Counted from the stretch's first letter, positions 1 to 12,228 are shown. The stretch: 64,000 bases of DNA from Patescibacteria group bacterium (GCA_041662965.1 JBAZRI010000004.1:7305-71304), one strand, 5' to 3'. Notes: a model not told the origin generated them from the letters alone. Numbers and translations: made by a program.

Positions 1-269
1 ATCGGCGGAATGATTAAATATAAAGCCGTGCCTAAAACGGAAAAAAATATAAAATATAAAAGCAGAACGCTGACTGAACGGGGAATTTTCTTTTTCTTAA
101 GCTTATCAACCCAAGGGTCAAGGGCGCTGGAAAATACCAAAGAAACAAAAAAGATTACTAAAATATCGCTGATTAAATATAAAAAGTACAGCAAAACAAA
201 AATAGCGATAGTTTTAATTATTGTTCCGCTGGTTATATTTATGCTGATTGGCTGTTTGTTTAATTCCAT
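1..269 (-). CDS. AI-2E family transporter (PerM-like), 5' part only; gene runs off the left edge
   Basis: Own minus-strand translation from ATG at 267-269: MELNKQPISINITSGTIIKTIAIFVLLYFLYLISDILVIFFVSLVFSSALDPW..., which fits the usual AI-2E N-terminal TM pattern. It is open at the window edge, so it is absent from the ORF track. It replaces the weak + ORF 10..360. Confidence 0.55.
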   Translation of the reverse strand, partial: MELNKQPISINITSGTIIKTIAIFVLLYFLYLISDILVIFFVSLVFSSALDPWVDKLKKKKIPRSVSVLLLYFIFFSVLGTALYLIIPP

Positions 270-595
270 ATTGGTCAAACTAGTTTTATGCTTACATTAT
301 AAATCATCGCTGAAATTAGAGCAAACTAAATTATTTAAGCTCTTCTTAAAATACAATTAAAAATCACTTGGGGGTTCGGGGGTTGGAGTTGGCGCCAAGG
401 CTTACAGAGATAAGATTAATCAACGAGATAGCCAATCGGAAACCCCCGAGACTTTTTGCTTACTTTTTAGTCATAAAAAGTAAGTCCTAGCGAAGCGCCA
501 CGAATGTAAAATTTAAGAAAAAGCATACAAAAATATTTTAAATGACAATAAAAAAGCGGCCCGAGCGGAGCGGAAAGATTAAATGAATTTCAATA

Positions 596-630
596 ATAAA
601 AATAGGGCAGTTTATTAAACTGTCCTATTT
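596..630 (-). terminator. Intrinsic terminator downstream of groEL
   Basis: Hairpin AGGGCAGTTT/AAACTGTCCT (one mismatch), followed on the minus strand by a T-run. Confidence 0.55.
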
Positions 631-680
631 AAATATTATAAATTTTATTTTTATTTATAGTCCGAGGCCTTGGCTGGTGA

Positions 681-2454
<1,774 letters not shown>

Positions 2455-2493
2455 AAAAAGACAATTACTCGCAACAAAAAGTTTAATTATTAA

Positions 2494-2784
2494 TTATTCT
2501 AGTATTCCCAATATATCCCCCTCACTGATGATTAGATATTCCACGCCGTCAACTTTTATTTCATCCGGAGAATATTTTTTAAACATAACTTTATCCCCGA
2601 CCTTAACGCTCATCGGCGCTCTTTGGCCGTTATCCAATAACTTGCCATCGCCCACGGCCACGACTTCGCCTTTTTCCGGCTTTTCTTTATCTATGGTGTC
2701 GGGCAAGACAATGCCGGACTTGGTAATTTCGTTTTCACTGATCGGCTTGACCACAATATGGTCATGCAAAGGTTTTAGCTTCAT
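2494..2784 (-). CDS. groS: Co-chaperonin GroES (10 kDa)
   Basis: 96 aa, MKLKPLHDHIVVKP...GEVVAVGDGK..., immediately upstream of groEL. Confidence 0.96.
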   Translation of the reverse strand: MKLKPLHDHIVVKPISENEITKSGIVLPDTIDKEKPEKGEVVAVGDGKLLDNGQRAPMSVKVGDKVMFKKYSPDEIKVDGVEYLIISEGDILGILE

Positions 2785-2818
2785 AAATCTTATAACTCAT
2801 AGCGCATAACTGCTCTTT

Positions 2819-2848
2819 TTGTCATTCCCGCGCAGGCGGGAATCCAGG
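2819..2848. repeat. Palindromic repeat TTGTCATTCCCGCGCAGGCGGGAATCCAGG
   Basis: Perfect hairpin TTCCCGC-GCAG-GCGGGAA; member of the dispersed family. Confidence 0.85.
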
Positions 2849-2923
2849 AGTATGCGCGCTAGAGTTTATTAATTATTATTTATTAAAAATTCGCAATTGA
2901 TAATTCGTAATTTTTAATTGAAT

Positions 2924-2950
2924 TTAGCACTTGCCTAGCTAGAGTGCTAA
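2924..2950. promoter_or_regulatory. CIRCE operator (HrcA binding site) of the groESL operon
   Basis: TTAGCACTT-GCCTAGCTA-GAGTGCTAA matches the consensus TTAGCACTC-N9-GAGTGCTAA with one mismatch. It lies just downstream of the predicted promoter. Confidence 0.85.
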
Positions 2951-2961
2951 TCTATTATTGT

Positions 2962-2990
2962 ATTTTAACCGCTCAATCAACTGTTGTCAA
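2962..2990 (-). promoter_or_regulatory. Sigma70-type promoter of groESL
   Basis: On the minus strand, TTGACA (2985-2990), a 17-nt spacer, then TAAAAT (2962-2967). CIRCE overlaps the expected transcription start. Confidence 0.65.
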
Positions 2991-3028
2991 GTATTTAAAT
3001 TTTCAGCTAATTTTTAATAAAAAATTAC

Positions 3029-3057
3029 CTGTCATTCCCGCGCAGGCGAGAATCCGG
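3029..3057. repeat. Palindromic repeat CTGTCATTCCCGCGCAGGCGAGAATCCGG
   Basis: Near-identical to the copy at 2819-2848. Confidence 0.8.
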
Positions 3058-3170
3058 AGGTAAGCCATAAAAACGTTTTTACTTTAACCAGCTAATTTAA
3101 AAAATAAAAAGGGCTGGAGAATAAAATTTTCTCCGCCCTTTGCGTTTTGTTTTCAACGACGCCTTTTCGT

Positions 3171-3959
3171 CTATTTTGGCGACGTCTGAGATTGAAGTCT
3201 TTTTTTTATAAAACTGCCGGCATAAGCTATCACCAGAGATACCAAGCAAGCAGCAGCTAAGAATACAAAATAAATTACTGGCGCTTCGTATCTTTCGGAT
3301 AGAAACACGTTTGCAGATAAACCTACCAACACGCCTGTTGACCCCATCAGTAGCCTGCTCGGCATCTTGTTTTCAATCGTGCCAGCTAACCAGCCAAGAA
3401 ACACGCCAATAACCGCCACTATACCTATACTAGTAAGAAACGAGTCAATAGCAGCAATGGCCGTCTCTATTATAACTATAGCAAGTAAGCAGCCGTAAAA
3501 TAAAAAAAGATTACGAATTTTCATTCCTATTGACAAGCGATTAATTATGCTTACTGTTAAAATAAAAATCGCAGACATTAAAAGGACATTGCTTAAAATA
3601 AAATCAGATTTTATTTCGGTTCGAGGAATTTTTGAACTGCTCCATCCAGTTGCCGGTCCGTAGCTTATCGCACTGTCCGAGTATTCCCTTTTTACTTGGA
3701 CAGGAAAGCTAAAAATAAATGTTGTTTTTTCTTTTTTTCCTTTAACCACGATTTTATCGCCGAAGCTACCTTTTACAAGTCTGTCTGCGTCTTCCGGTGA
3801 GAGTCCTTTAGGCACGTTGGGAATTCTTTTTATTTCTTTTATTTCGGTAATGATAAGCGTGCCGTTTTCTAACGACACCTCCTCCTTCGCTTCCGCCGGC
3901 AAAATAACAAAAACAATAGACAAAAACACAACCGCCAAAACCGCCAGAATTCTTTTCAT
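3171..3959 (-). CDS. Membrane protein, function unknown
   Basis: Signal/anchor MKRILAVLAVVFLSIVFVILPAEA followed by several C-terminal TM helices. Start taken at the second Met. Confidence 0.7.
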   Translation of the reverse strand: MKRILAVLAVVFLSIVFVILPAEAKEEVSLENGTLIITEIKEIKRIPNVPKGLSPEDADRLVKGSFGDKIVVKGKKEKTTFIFSFPVQVKREYSDSAISYGPATGWSSSKIPRTEIKSDFILSNVLLMSAIFILTVSIINRLSIGMKIRNLFLFYGCLLAIVIIETAIAAIDSFLTSIGIVAVIGVFLGWLAGTIENKMPSRLLMGSTGVLVGLSANVFLSERYEAPVIYFVFLAAACLVSLVIAYAGSFIKKRLQSQTSPK

Positions 3960-4112
3960 GACCATCTCCTTCCATTTTTGAATTTTAATTTATTTTTAAA
4001 AAAGCTTTCCTTTATCTGAATAATATATTATACAAAACTATCGGAATTTGTCAATAAAAAATCCGCGAACTTACGCCCGCGGAATTAAGGTGAAACAAAA
4101 TTATTCAACTAT

Positions 4113-4928
4113 TTATTCAACTATGAAGCCATCAACTTTAATCTTGCCGTTAAATTGGCTAGCCGCTCGCTCGGCGATTTCTTTTAACTCATCAAGCTGC
4201 TTTTGATTATTAGCCGAAACCACGATATAGAAAGGATTGTCTTTATCAAACCTTTCGCCAAAACCATGGTCGCCTAAAGGAATTTTGGCCAGTGTAACCA
4301 GCTCAACTTCCTGATCTTTTGGATTAAAACCAAGATCCGGACCGCTGCACATAAAGCCGGCCGGCAATTCCGGCAAAGCCGACGGATTAAACTTGCCCGT
4401 ACCGTCAAGGTAAATCGCCCGTTCGTTATGCATAGTGTTAAGCATTTTGGTATGCTCATACTCCGCCCCTAGCCTTCTGGCTAGCTCTTGGCTGTAGTAG
4501 ATGCCCAGCTCGTCCGAAGTATTAACGCCTTCAGGCAGCTTTTCGCCAGCCGCCTGCATCAAATCAAACTTTATTTTCGCGGCGCCGCAGTGATCATGGC
4601 TCTTTACTTTTTTTATCTTGCCCTTATTGGCGAGAATAAACTTTTCCAGTTTAGTTTGATCTTTACTCTTGTCGAACATGGAATCAAAAAAAAGAAGAAT
4701 ACCATTCCCGGCTGTGCCCAGGCGATGTTCATCCTCGTCGCAGATTCTACCGTCACTACAACCTGCCACCTCGGATTTTTCGGCAAAAGCTTCAGCCGTA
4801 TCAAGCTGGCTCATTATTTCCGCCACGCTCTTCCCGGCCTTTAACCCCCTAATAAATTCCAATTTTTCTGATTCTTCCCAAAGGTTTTGTGCCTCTTCGG
4901 CGTGGCTTTTGGTTTGCTCGTTATTCAT
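4113..4928 (-). CDS. Hypothetical protein with beta-carbonic-anhydrase-like CxDxR / HxxC motifs
   Basis: CSDGRI and SHDHCGAAK motifs. The start at MNNEQTK is supported by the SD AAGGGGGAG 8 nt upstream. Confidence 0.7.
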   Translation of the reverse strand: MNNEQTKSHAEEAQNLWEESEKLEFIRGLKAGKSVAEIMSQLDTAEAFAEKSEVAGCSDGRICDEDEHRLGTAGNGILLFFDSMFDKSKDQTKLEKFILANKGKIKKVKSHDHCGAAKIKFDLMQAAGEKLPEGVNTSDELGIYYSQELARRLGAEYEHTKMLNTMHNERAIYLDGTGKFNPSALPELPAGFMCSGPDLGFNPKDQEVELVTLAKIPLGDHGFGERFDKDNPFYIVVSANNQKQLDELKEIAERAASQFNGKIKVDGFIVE

Positions 4929-4984
4929 AATTGTTTCTCCCCCTTCTATTATATTATTTTGTCCCATTTTATTATAATTTATTT

Positions 4985-5422
4985 TTATTCAATATTTTTA
5001 ATTTTCCGCCATCTTTTAATCGCCTTGGTTCTGGCTAATTCTCGCTCTATGGCGGCGTTGACTTCAACGAAATCAACGTTTTCGCCGCGGCGCGCTTTTT
5101 CTTTAAGCTCGACGGCCCTTTTGCGAGCTTCTTCAACCCGACCCAGATCAATCTCTTCGGCGCGCTCGGCCGTATCGGCTAAAATCACCACCTTGTCTTT
5201 TAAAACTTCTAAAAACCCTCCGGAAATCGACATAATTTCTTCTTCGCCATTTTTCTTTTTAACATGAACCACTCCCGGCTGAAGGCTTGATACCAGCGGA
5301 ATATGGTTAGGCAAAACCGTAATCTCCCCGACTTTGGTCGGTACGGTAATTTGCGTTATTTCTTCGCGCAAAACCACGCGCTCCGGAGTGACGATTTCAA
5401 ATTTTATGAATTTATTGTCCAT
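4985..5422 (-). CDS. atpC: F1 ATP synthase subunit epsilon
   Basis: 145 aa, last gene of the atp operon, with an epsilon-like N-terminal beta domain and C-terminal helices. Confidence 0.9.
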   Translation of the reverse strand: MDNKFIKFEIVTPERVVLREEITQITVPTKVGEITVLPNHIPLVSSLQPGVVHVKKKNGEEEIMSISGGFLEVLKDKVVILADTAERAEEIDLGRVEEARKRAVELKEKARRGENVDFVEVNAAIERELARTKAIKRWRKIKNIE

Positions 5423-5443
5423 ATATTTATTGTCATAAACTTA

Positions 5444-5513
5444 TTGTCATTGCGGGCTCCGACCCGCAATCCACCCCGCATTTTGCGGGGCGGCTCGGAG
5501 GCCGGAATGACAG
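5444..5513. repeat. Palindromic repeat cluster between atpD and atpC
   Basis: TTGTCATTGCGGGCTCCGACCCGCAATCC, CCCCGCA-TTT-TGCGGGG, and GGCCGGAATGACAG. Confidence 0.8.
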
Positions 5514-5519
5514 CAAATG

Positions 5520-6929
<1,410 letters not shown>

Positions 6930-7901
6930 TTATTCCGCTAAAGCATTCGCTCCCGCGCTAATTTCCGCTATTTCCGCCGTAATGCTGGCTTGTCTGGCTT
7001 TATTGTATGATAAGGTCAATTCATTCACCATGTCCCCGGCCGCGTCCGTGGCCTGATGCATGGCCGCCATGCGCGCCGAATGTTCGGAGGCGTTAGACTC
7101 TAAGAGCGCCTGATAAAGCTGGATTTCAATCAAACGGGGCAGCATCTGGTCCAAAACTTCTTCCGGGCTGGGTTCAAAAACATATTCATAATTAAATTGT
7201 CCGCTTTGCAAATATTTCTTTTCCTTCTGTTCTACGAATTCTTTATCCAAGCCAAGCCTGGTGTCTTCGCCAACTATGCCCAAAGCATCGTCAATTTTAT
7301 CAATTTCTATGGGCAAAATTTGCTTAACTCTGGGAATTTGCTTTGACGAGCTGACAAAATCCGTATAAGCCACCATAACTTTATCATACTGGCCGCTTAA
7401 ATATTCGCCGATAACTAAATTGGCTACCGGCACGATTTCGTTGACCTCGCTGGCTAAATCAAGCTTGGGGAAATCAGCCGTAATCGTTTGGCCGTGGCGG
7501 CTGATGGCCGCGCCCTTTTTACCGACTAAAATAAATTCCGCTTCTATTATCGTCTGCTCGCCCATGGTTTGATATTTTTTAATTGACTCGTGCACTTTAT
7601 TGATAATCGCCGCGTTAAAACCACCGCACAGCCCGCGGTTGGAAGTAATTAAAATAATGCCGACTTTCTTGATTTCTTTCCTTGGAGTTAAAAGCTGGTG
7701 CAGCGGCTGATTATTGCTGTTTGCCGACCGGGACAAATTCAAAACCGTCAGCCAGCTTAAATTAGCGTAAGTCCTGGTACGCAGCACGGCTTCAATGGCT
7801 TTGCGCATTTTTGACGCCGCCACCATTTCCATGGCCTTGGTGATTTTTTTGGTATTGCCGATGGATTTTATTCTGTTTTTTATATCTCGGCCTGATGGCA
7901 T
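6930..7901 (-). CDS. atpG: F1 ATP synthase subunit gamma
   Basis: KKITKAMEMVAASKMRKA N-terminus and ITAEIAEISAGA C-terminus. Confidence 0.95.
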   Translation of the reverse strand: MPSGRDIKNRIKSIGNTKKITKAMEMVAASKMRKAIEAVLRTRTYANLSWLTVLNLSRSANSNNQPLHQLLTPRKEIKKVGIILITSNRGLCGGFNAAIINKVHESIKKYQTMGEQTIIEAEFILVGKKGAAISRHGQTITADFPKLDLASEVNEIVPVANLVIGEYLSGQYDKVMVAYTDFVSSSKQIPRVKQILPIEIDKIDDALGIVGEDTRLGLDKEFVEQKEKKYLQSGQFNYEYVFEPSPEEVLDQMLPRLIEIQLYQALLESNASEHSARMAAMHQATDAAGDMVNELTLSYNKARQASITAEIAEISAGANALAE

Positions 7902-7902
7902 A

Positions 7903-9459
7903 TTATTTTATCAAATAATCCAAATTATTTTTATAATCCATAATTAAGCTCTTCATCTCCGCTTCTAATTTTTCATCTAAGTCTTTCTTTTCAGAAATAT
8001 CTTTTAAAATCTTTGCCCCAGAGCTGGCCGCGTATTTATACAAGCCGGCCTCAAAGTCGGAAATTTTTTCTACCGGCACGTCATCGGTTAAGCCGTTAAT
8101 CAGGGCGAAAAAAATTAAAATCTGGTTGGCTACAGAGACCGGCGAATACTGGTCTTGCTTGAATATTTCCTGCAGCCTTTTGCCGCGTTCCAGCTTCGCC
8201 TTAGTATCTTTATCCAGCTCCGAACCGAATTGGGCGAAAGCGGCTAATTCTCTAAACTGGGCGGCTTCTAATTTCATTTTTCCGGCTACTTTCTTCATGG
8301 CTTTAATCTGGGCGCTTGAACCGACGCGGGAAACCGATAGGCCGGCGTCAATAGCCGGACGGCTGCCTTGATAAAACAGCTCGGGCATTAAATAAATTTG
8401 GCCGTCGGTTATGGAAATAACGTTGGTCGGAATATAAGCCGACATATCGCCGGATTGAGTTTCAATAATCGGCAAAGCCGTGATTGAGCCGCCGCCGTAT
8501 TCTTGATTTAGCTTGCAGGCGCGCTCTAAAAGCCGAGAATGCAGATAAAAAACGTCGCCCGGATAAGCTTCTCTTCCTGGCGGACGGCGCAGTAGCAGAG
8601 AAATTTCCCGATAAGCCACCGCGTGCTTTGATAAATCATCATAAACTATTAAAACATCCTCGCCTTTATCTAAAAAGTATTCGGCCATGGCGCAGCCGGC
8701 GTAAGGCGCGATATACAAAAGTGACGCCGGGTCGCTGGCGCCGGCTAAAACCACGGTAGTATAAGCTAGCGCGCCGGCTTGCTCAAGCTTAGCCACAATG
8801 CCCGCCACTTTAGATTCTTTCTGTCCAATGGCCACATAAATACATTTCATATTCTGGCCTTTTTGGTTGATGATGGCGTCAATGGCGATAGCGCTCTTGC
8901 CGATCTGGCGGTCGCCGATAATCAACTCCCTTTGGCCGCGGCCGATCGGAATAATCGCGTCAATGGCTTTAATGCCGGTTTGCACCGGCTGTCTGACCGA
9001 TTCGCGGGTAATTACGCCCGGAGCGATTTTTTCCACCGGATAAAATTTATCCGCTTGAATCTCGCCTTTGCCGTCCAGCGGCGCGCCTAAAGGATTAACT
9101 ACGCGGCCGATTATGCCATTGCCAACCGGCACCTCTAAAATTTTATTTAAGCATTTAACTTCATCGCCTTCTTTAATGCCGAGATAATCGCCCAAAATAA
9201 TCGCGCCCACGCGGTCTTCTTCCAAATTCAGGGCCATGCCGTAGACAGAGCCGCTGGCTGTTTTTTTGTCCCCCGTAGCTTTAGCGGAGGGGGAAAATTC
9301 CAACATCTCCGACATCATGGCTTCGGAAATGCCTTCAACGCGAGCTATGCCGTCGCCGATTTCAATCACCCGGCCGACGGTTTCATGCTTAATCCCGGCC
9401 TTAAAGCCGGAAATCTGCTCTTTAAGCTGCTCAACGATAAAATCTTTGGTAGAACTCAT
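7903..9459 (-). CDS. atpA: F1 ATP synthase subunit alpha
   Basis: GDRQIGKS Walker A and alpha-subunit sequence. Confidence 0.97.
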   Translation of the reverse strand: MSSTKDFIVEQLKEQISGFKAGIKHETVGRVIEIGDGIARVEGISEAMMSEMLEFSPSAKATGDKKTASGSVYGMALNLEEDRVGAIILGDYLGIKEGDEVKCLNKILEVPVGNGIIGRVVNPLGAPLDGKGEIQADKFYPVEKIAPGVITRESVRQPVQTGIKAIDAIIPIGRGQRELIIGDRQIGKSAIAIDAIINQKGQNMKCIYVAIGQKESKVAGIVAKLEQAGALAYTTVVLAGASDPASLLYIAPYAGCAMAEYFLDKGEDVLIVYDDLSKHAVAYREISLLLRRPPGREAYPGDVFYLHSRLLERACKLNQEYGGGSITALPIIETQSGDMSAYIPTNVISITDGQIYLMPELFYQGSRPAIDAGLSVSRVGSSAQIKAMKKVAGKMKLEAAQFRELAAFAQFGSELDKDTKAKLERGKRLQEIFKQDQYSPVSVANQILIFFALINGLTDDVPVEKISDFEAGLYKYAASSGAKILKDISEKKDLDEKLEAEMKSLIMDYKNNLDYLIK

Positions 9460-9529
9460 AATATTTAGAATTTCTAATTTTAATTTCTAATTTCTAAACA
9501 ATTGAAAATTAATTCATTAAAAATTGTTT

Positions 9530-9557
9530 GAAAATTGAAAATTGAAAATTGAAAATT
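9530..9557. repeat. 4 x GAAAATT heptamer tandem repeat
   Basis: Read directly from the sequence; abuts the atpH stop codon in the atpH-atpA spacer. Confidence 0.9.
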
Positions 9558-9957
9558 ATTTAACTAATTTACTTTTTAATTCCTCTAACTGCGTTTTCAG
9601 GCTCCCGTCAATTATCTTATCGCCATATCTCACTATCACTCCGCCTAAAATATTCTTATCAATTTTTTCGCTTATTAAAACTTCCTTGGCGCCGGAAAGT
9701 TTAATGATATAATTTTCTAATAATTTAATATTCGCTTTGTCCAGCTTATTGGCGCCCGCGGCTTCGGCTTCTATGATGCCGCGTTTTTCATTCCAAATTT
9801 TTATAAACTGGGCTATAATCTTATCCTCTTTAGCCAGCATATTTTTCTCGGCTAAAAGTTCAATGAATTTGGCAATAACCGCCTTAACCTGGCTGGGCGA
9901 TTTTCCGTCCACTGATTCGTATAAGCTTAAAGCTAATTGTTTCGGCTTTATTCTCAT
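9556..9957 (-). CDS. atpH: F1 ATP synthase subunit delta (OSCP)
   Basis: 133 aa at the position between atpF and atpA, with a GGVIVRYGDKIIDGS motif. Confidence 0.85.
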   Translation of the reverse strand: MRIKPKQLALSLYESVDGKSPSQVKAVIAKFIELLAEKNMLAKEDKIIAQFIKIWNEKRGIIEAEAAGANKLDKANIKLLENYIIKLSGAKEVLISEKIDKNILGGVIVRYGDKIIDGSLKTQLEELKSKLVK

Positions 9958-9959
9958 AT

Positions 9960-10448
9960 TTACCTTATCATTTTTTTAATCATTTCCCTATCTTTTTTTT
10001 CATCAATTTTTTCGCCTAAAATCTTCTCCACCGCCGCAATAACCAAATCCGCCGCTTCTTTCTTTATTTCTTTTAAAGTAATTTCTTTTTCTGTCTGCAT
10101 TTTCTGTTTTTCCTGGTTGATAATCGCCCCGATTTCTTCTTTGGCGCGCGCGATCATCTCCTGTTTACGCGCGTCGGCGTCAACCGCGGCTTTCTCTAAA
10201 ATAATATTGGCTTGCTGCTTGGCTAGAACCATGGCTTTATTGAATTCCGCCTGCGTCTCGCTTAATTTTTCTTCAACTTTTTTCGCGTCTAAAAGCCCTT
10301 TTTCAATTTTAGCCGTTCTCTCGGCCATAACGCGGGCTATGGGCTTAAAAGCAAACCAATACAAAACCGCGAACACAATGGCAAAATTAACCATCTGCGC
10401 GATTATCAATTTAACGTCAATGTGGAATGTTTCTATCAAATTTTCCAT
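9960..10448 (-). CDS. atpF: Fo ATP synthase subunit b
   Basis: Single N-terminal TM helix followed by a long charged helix; operon position. Confidence 0.85.
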   Translation of the reverse strand: MENLIETFHIDVKLIIAQMVNFAIVFAVLYWFAFKPIARVMAERTAKIEKGLLDAKKVEEKLSETQAEFNKAMVLAKQQANIILEKAAVDADARKQEMIARAKEEIGAIINQEKQKMQTEKEITLKEIKKEAADLVIAAVEKILGEKIDEKKDREMIKKMIR

Positions 10449-10527
10449 ATATATTATGTTTATACAATTAATAATTTCACCACTGCCCCGATTAATTTAG
10501 CCGGAGCAGTCCGTAAAACCACTAAAA

Positions 10528-10767
<240 letters not shown>

Positions 10768-10812
10768 TTAAACGTAACGATATTACTTTTAAATTATTTA
10801 TAATTTAACTAT

Positions 10813-10914
10813 TAGTTGGCCTGAATTTGTAAAATTTTCGTGCGAGGACTGTTTGAGCTTCGCGGCAGCGAAGCGAGTTCCGCAGTAGAAAATTTTTTAA
10901 ATTCAGGCCAACTA
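10813..10914. ncRNA. Copy A of a ~100-nt conserved-core hairpin element (candidate structured RNA or mobile hairpin)
   Basis: Outer stem TAGTTGGCCTGAATTT/AAATTCAGGCCAACTA; invariant blocks AAATTTTCGTGCGAGGACTGTTTGAGC and GCGAGTTCCGCAGTAGAAAATTT; apical stem GCTTCGC-GGCA-GCGAAGC. Located in the atpB-atpE spacer. Confidence 0.6.
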
Positions 10915-10945
10915 TCAAATGTCGCAGCCTATACTCTAATATTGT

Positions 10946-11872
10946 CTAATGCTCCTCTTCTACCGTGTTCATAGATAAATATGCTAAAATCAAAACCGCG
11001 AAAATAAAAGCTTGGACTAAGCCGACGATTATTTCTAAAAACATAAAGGGAATGGGCAAACCGAAAGCCAATAAGGCCGACATGGAGGCGAGCAATACTT
11101 CGCCGGCGAAAATATTGCCGAAAAGACGAAAGGACAGGCTGGCGACTTTGGCCGCTTCGCCGACGATTTCTATCAAGCCGACGAATACTTTAATCGGGTT
11201 GACGAAAATAATCGCCGGATCCTTAATGACTTTCTTGGGTATTTCCAGCAGGGCTTTGATATTTATGAATTTATTTATATATTTCCAAAAGCCTAAAGCG
11301 ATTACGGAAAAAATATGGCTGAAAACCACGCCGATAATGGCTAGGGCTAAAGTGGTATTTAAATCAGCCGTGCCGCCGCGGAAAAAAGGAATAAAAACTT
11401 TTTCGCCATGTTCGGCCGCTACTTGCCCGATTGAACCGACACCGGGCAAAAGACCGAGCCAATTATTCAATAAAATAAAAACGAAAAAACTTAAGACAAA
11501 AGGAAAATATTTTAAAGTCTTCGGCCGCGAACCGGTTACCGAATCAAATATGTCTAAAAGCATTTCTATAACCGCCTCCACCGCGTTCTGAACGCCTTTG
11601 GGCACAAGCTTGATTCTTGATCTTAAAAATAAGCCGAAAATAACCACCAATAAAACTACCAGCCAAGTATTAAGCAGAGAATTGGTTATGGGGAAATTAT
11701 GGAATTTAAAAATCTGCTCGGAGAATAAAGTGCTCTCCGTCTTTATCTCGTTAAATTGTTCGCTGCTGTGAGCTCCGGCTTCGCCGGATTTAACGGGGTA
11801 AATCTCGGAAGGCGTTGCCTGAATTTCAGTTTCAGCGGCCGCTGGCGGCAATATCATAAGATAATAAAACAA
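10946..11872 (-). CDS. atpB: Fo ATP synthase subunit a
   Basis: Multi-TM protein with the LSFRLFGNIFAGE motif. The exact start is uncertain (M1 or M6), and the N-terminal ~50 aa include a translated repeat. Confidence 0.9.
   Translation of the reverse strand: MFYYLMILPPAAAETEIQATPSEIYPVKSGEAGAHSSEQFNEIKTESTLFSEQIFKFHNFPITNSLLNTWLVVLLVVIFGLFLRSRIKLVPKGVQNAVEAVIEMLLDIFDSVTGSRPKTLKYFPFVLSFFVFILLNNWLGLLPGVGSIGQVAAEHGEKVFIPFFRGGTADLNTTLALAIIGVVFSHIFSVIALGFWKYINKFINIKALLEIPKKVIKDPAIIFVNPIKVFVGLIEIVGEAAKVASLSFRLFGNIFAGEVLLASMSALLAFGLPIPFMFLEIIVGLVQAFIFAVLILAYLSMNTVEEEH
11747..11798. repeat. CCCCGTTAAAT-type palindromic element inside the atpB 5' coding region
   Basis: CTCGTTAAAT...TCCGGC-TTC-GCCGGA...ATTTAACGGGG; translates in frame as YPVKSGEAGAHSSEQFNE. 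Confidence 0.7.
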
Positions 11873-11917
11873 AAAAATTGGGTTTTTATATCCAAAATTT
11901 TAGATAAATTTATTTAA

Positions 11918-12217
11918 TTATTTATTTTTATCCGACTCTCCGCTTTTACCTAACTCGCTGATTTTTTTATACTCGGCGATGGTATTTTTTATCAAACCGG
12001 CCATTGAGGCGATAAAAGCGATGCCGATGCAAAGTAATAGCAGTTTGGGCGCGCTGTCATATTTCTTATCAAGCCATTTGCCAAGATACAGGGCGATAAT
12101 TATCGGCGCGGCTATCCAAACCGATAATCTGGAAACTATCATTACCGCCGGCTGCCACCAGGCCGCTTGGCTTAATTTTCTCCCGGCTGGCTTTTCCGGA
12201 TTTGTCTCCTCCGCCAT
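11918..12217 (-). CDS. AtpZ/AtpI-like small membrane protein (ATPase_gene1 family)
   Basis: 99 aa with two TM helices; first gene of the atp operon. Confidence 0.65.
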   Translation of the reverse strand: MAEETNPEKPAGRKLSQAAWWQPAVMIVSRLSVWIAAPIIIALYLGKWLDKKYDSAPKLLLLCIGIAFIASMAGLIKNTIAEYKKISELGKSGESDKNK

Positions 12218-12228
12218 ATTTGCTTTAT

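Noticed and set aside
10-360. Plus-strand ORF of 116 aa at the left edge.
   Set aside because: The Lys/Ile-rich translation has no recognisable features. The opposite strand encodes a convincing AI-2E transporter N-terminus.
361-520. GC-rich, pairing-rich stretch upstream of the AI-2E gene (TCGGGGGTT/AACCCCCGA, CTTACTTTTT/AAAAAGTAAG) considered as a possible ncRNA.
   Set aside because: I could not match it to tRNA, tmRNA, SRP, RNase P or 6S features. It looks like another mosaic of dispersed repeats. Left unassigned.
9461-9557. Possible CRISPR array, considered because of the short tandem repeats.
   Set aside because: The units are 7 nt long and there are no spacers. No CRISPR-like repeat-spacer pattern or cas genes occur anywhere in the window.
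10851-10880. Resemblance of GAGC-hairpin-...GUUC in the three-copy element to group II intron domain V.
   Set aside because: The hairpin is ~26 nt rather than 34 nt, it lacks the two-nucleotide bulge geometry and GNRA loop, and no other intron domains or reverse transcriptase are nearby.
10813-10914. The three-copy element as an integron attC site or a hammerhead/twister-type ribozyme.
   Set aside because: - For attC: the GTTGGC/GCCAAC ends are in the wrong order for R''/R' cores and are absent from copy C, and there is no integrase.
- For ribozymes: the CUGAUGA...GAAA hammerhead core and the other ribozyme cores I can recall are not present.
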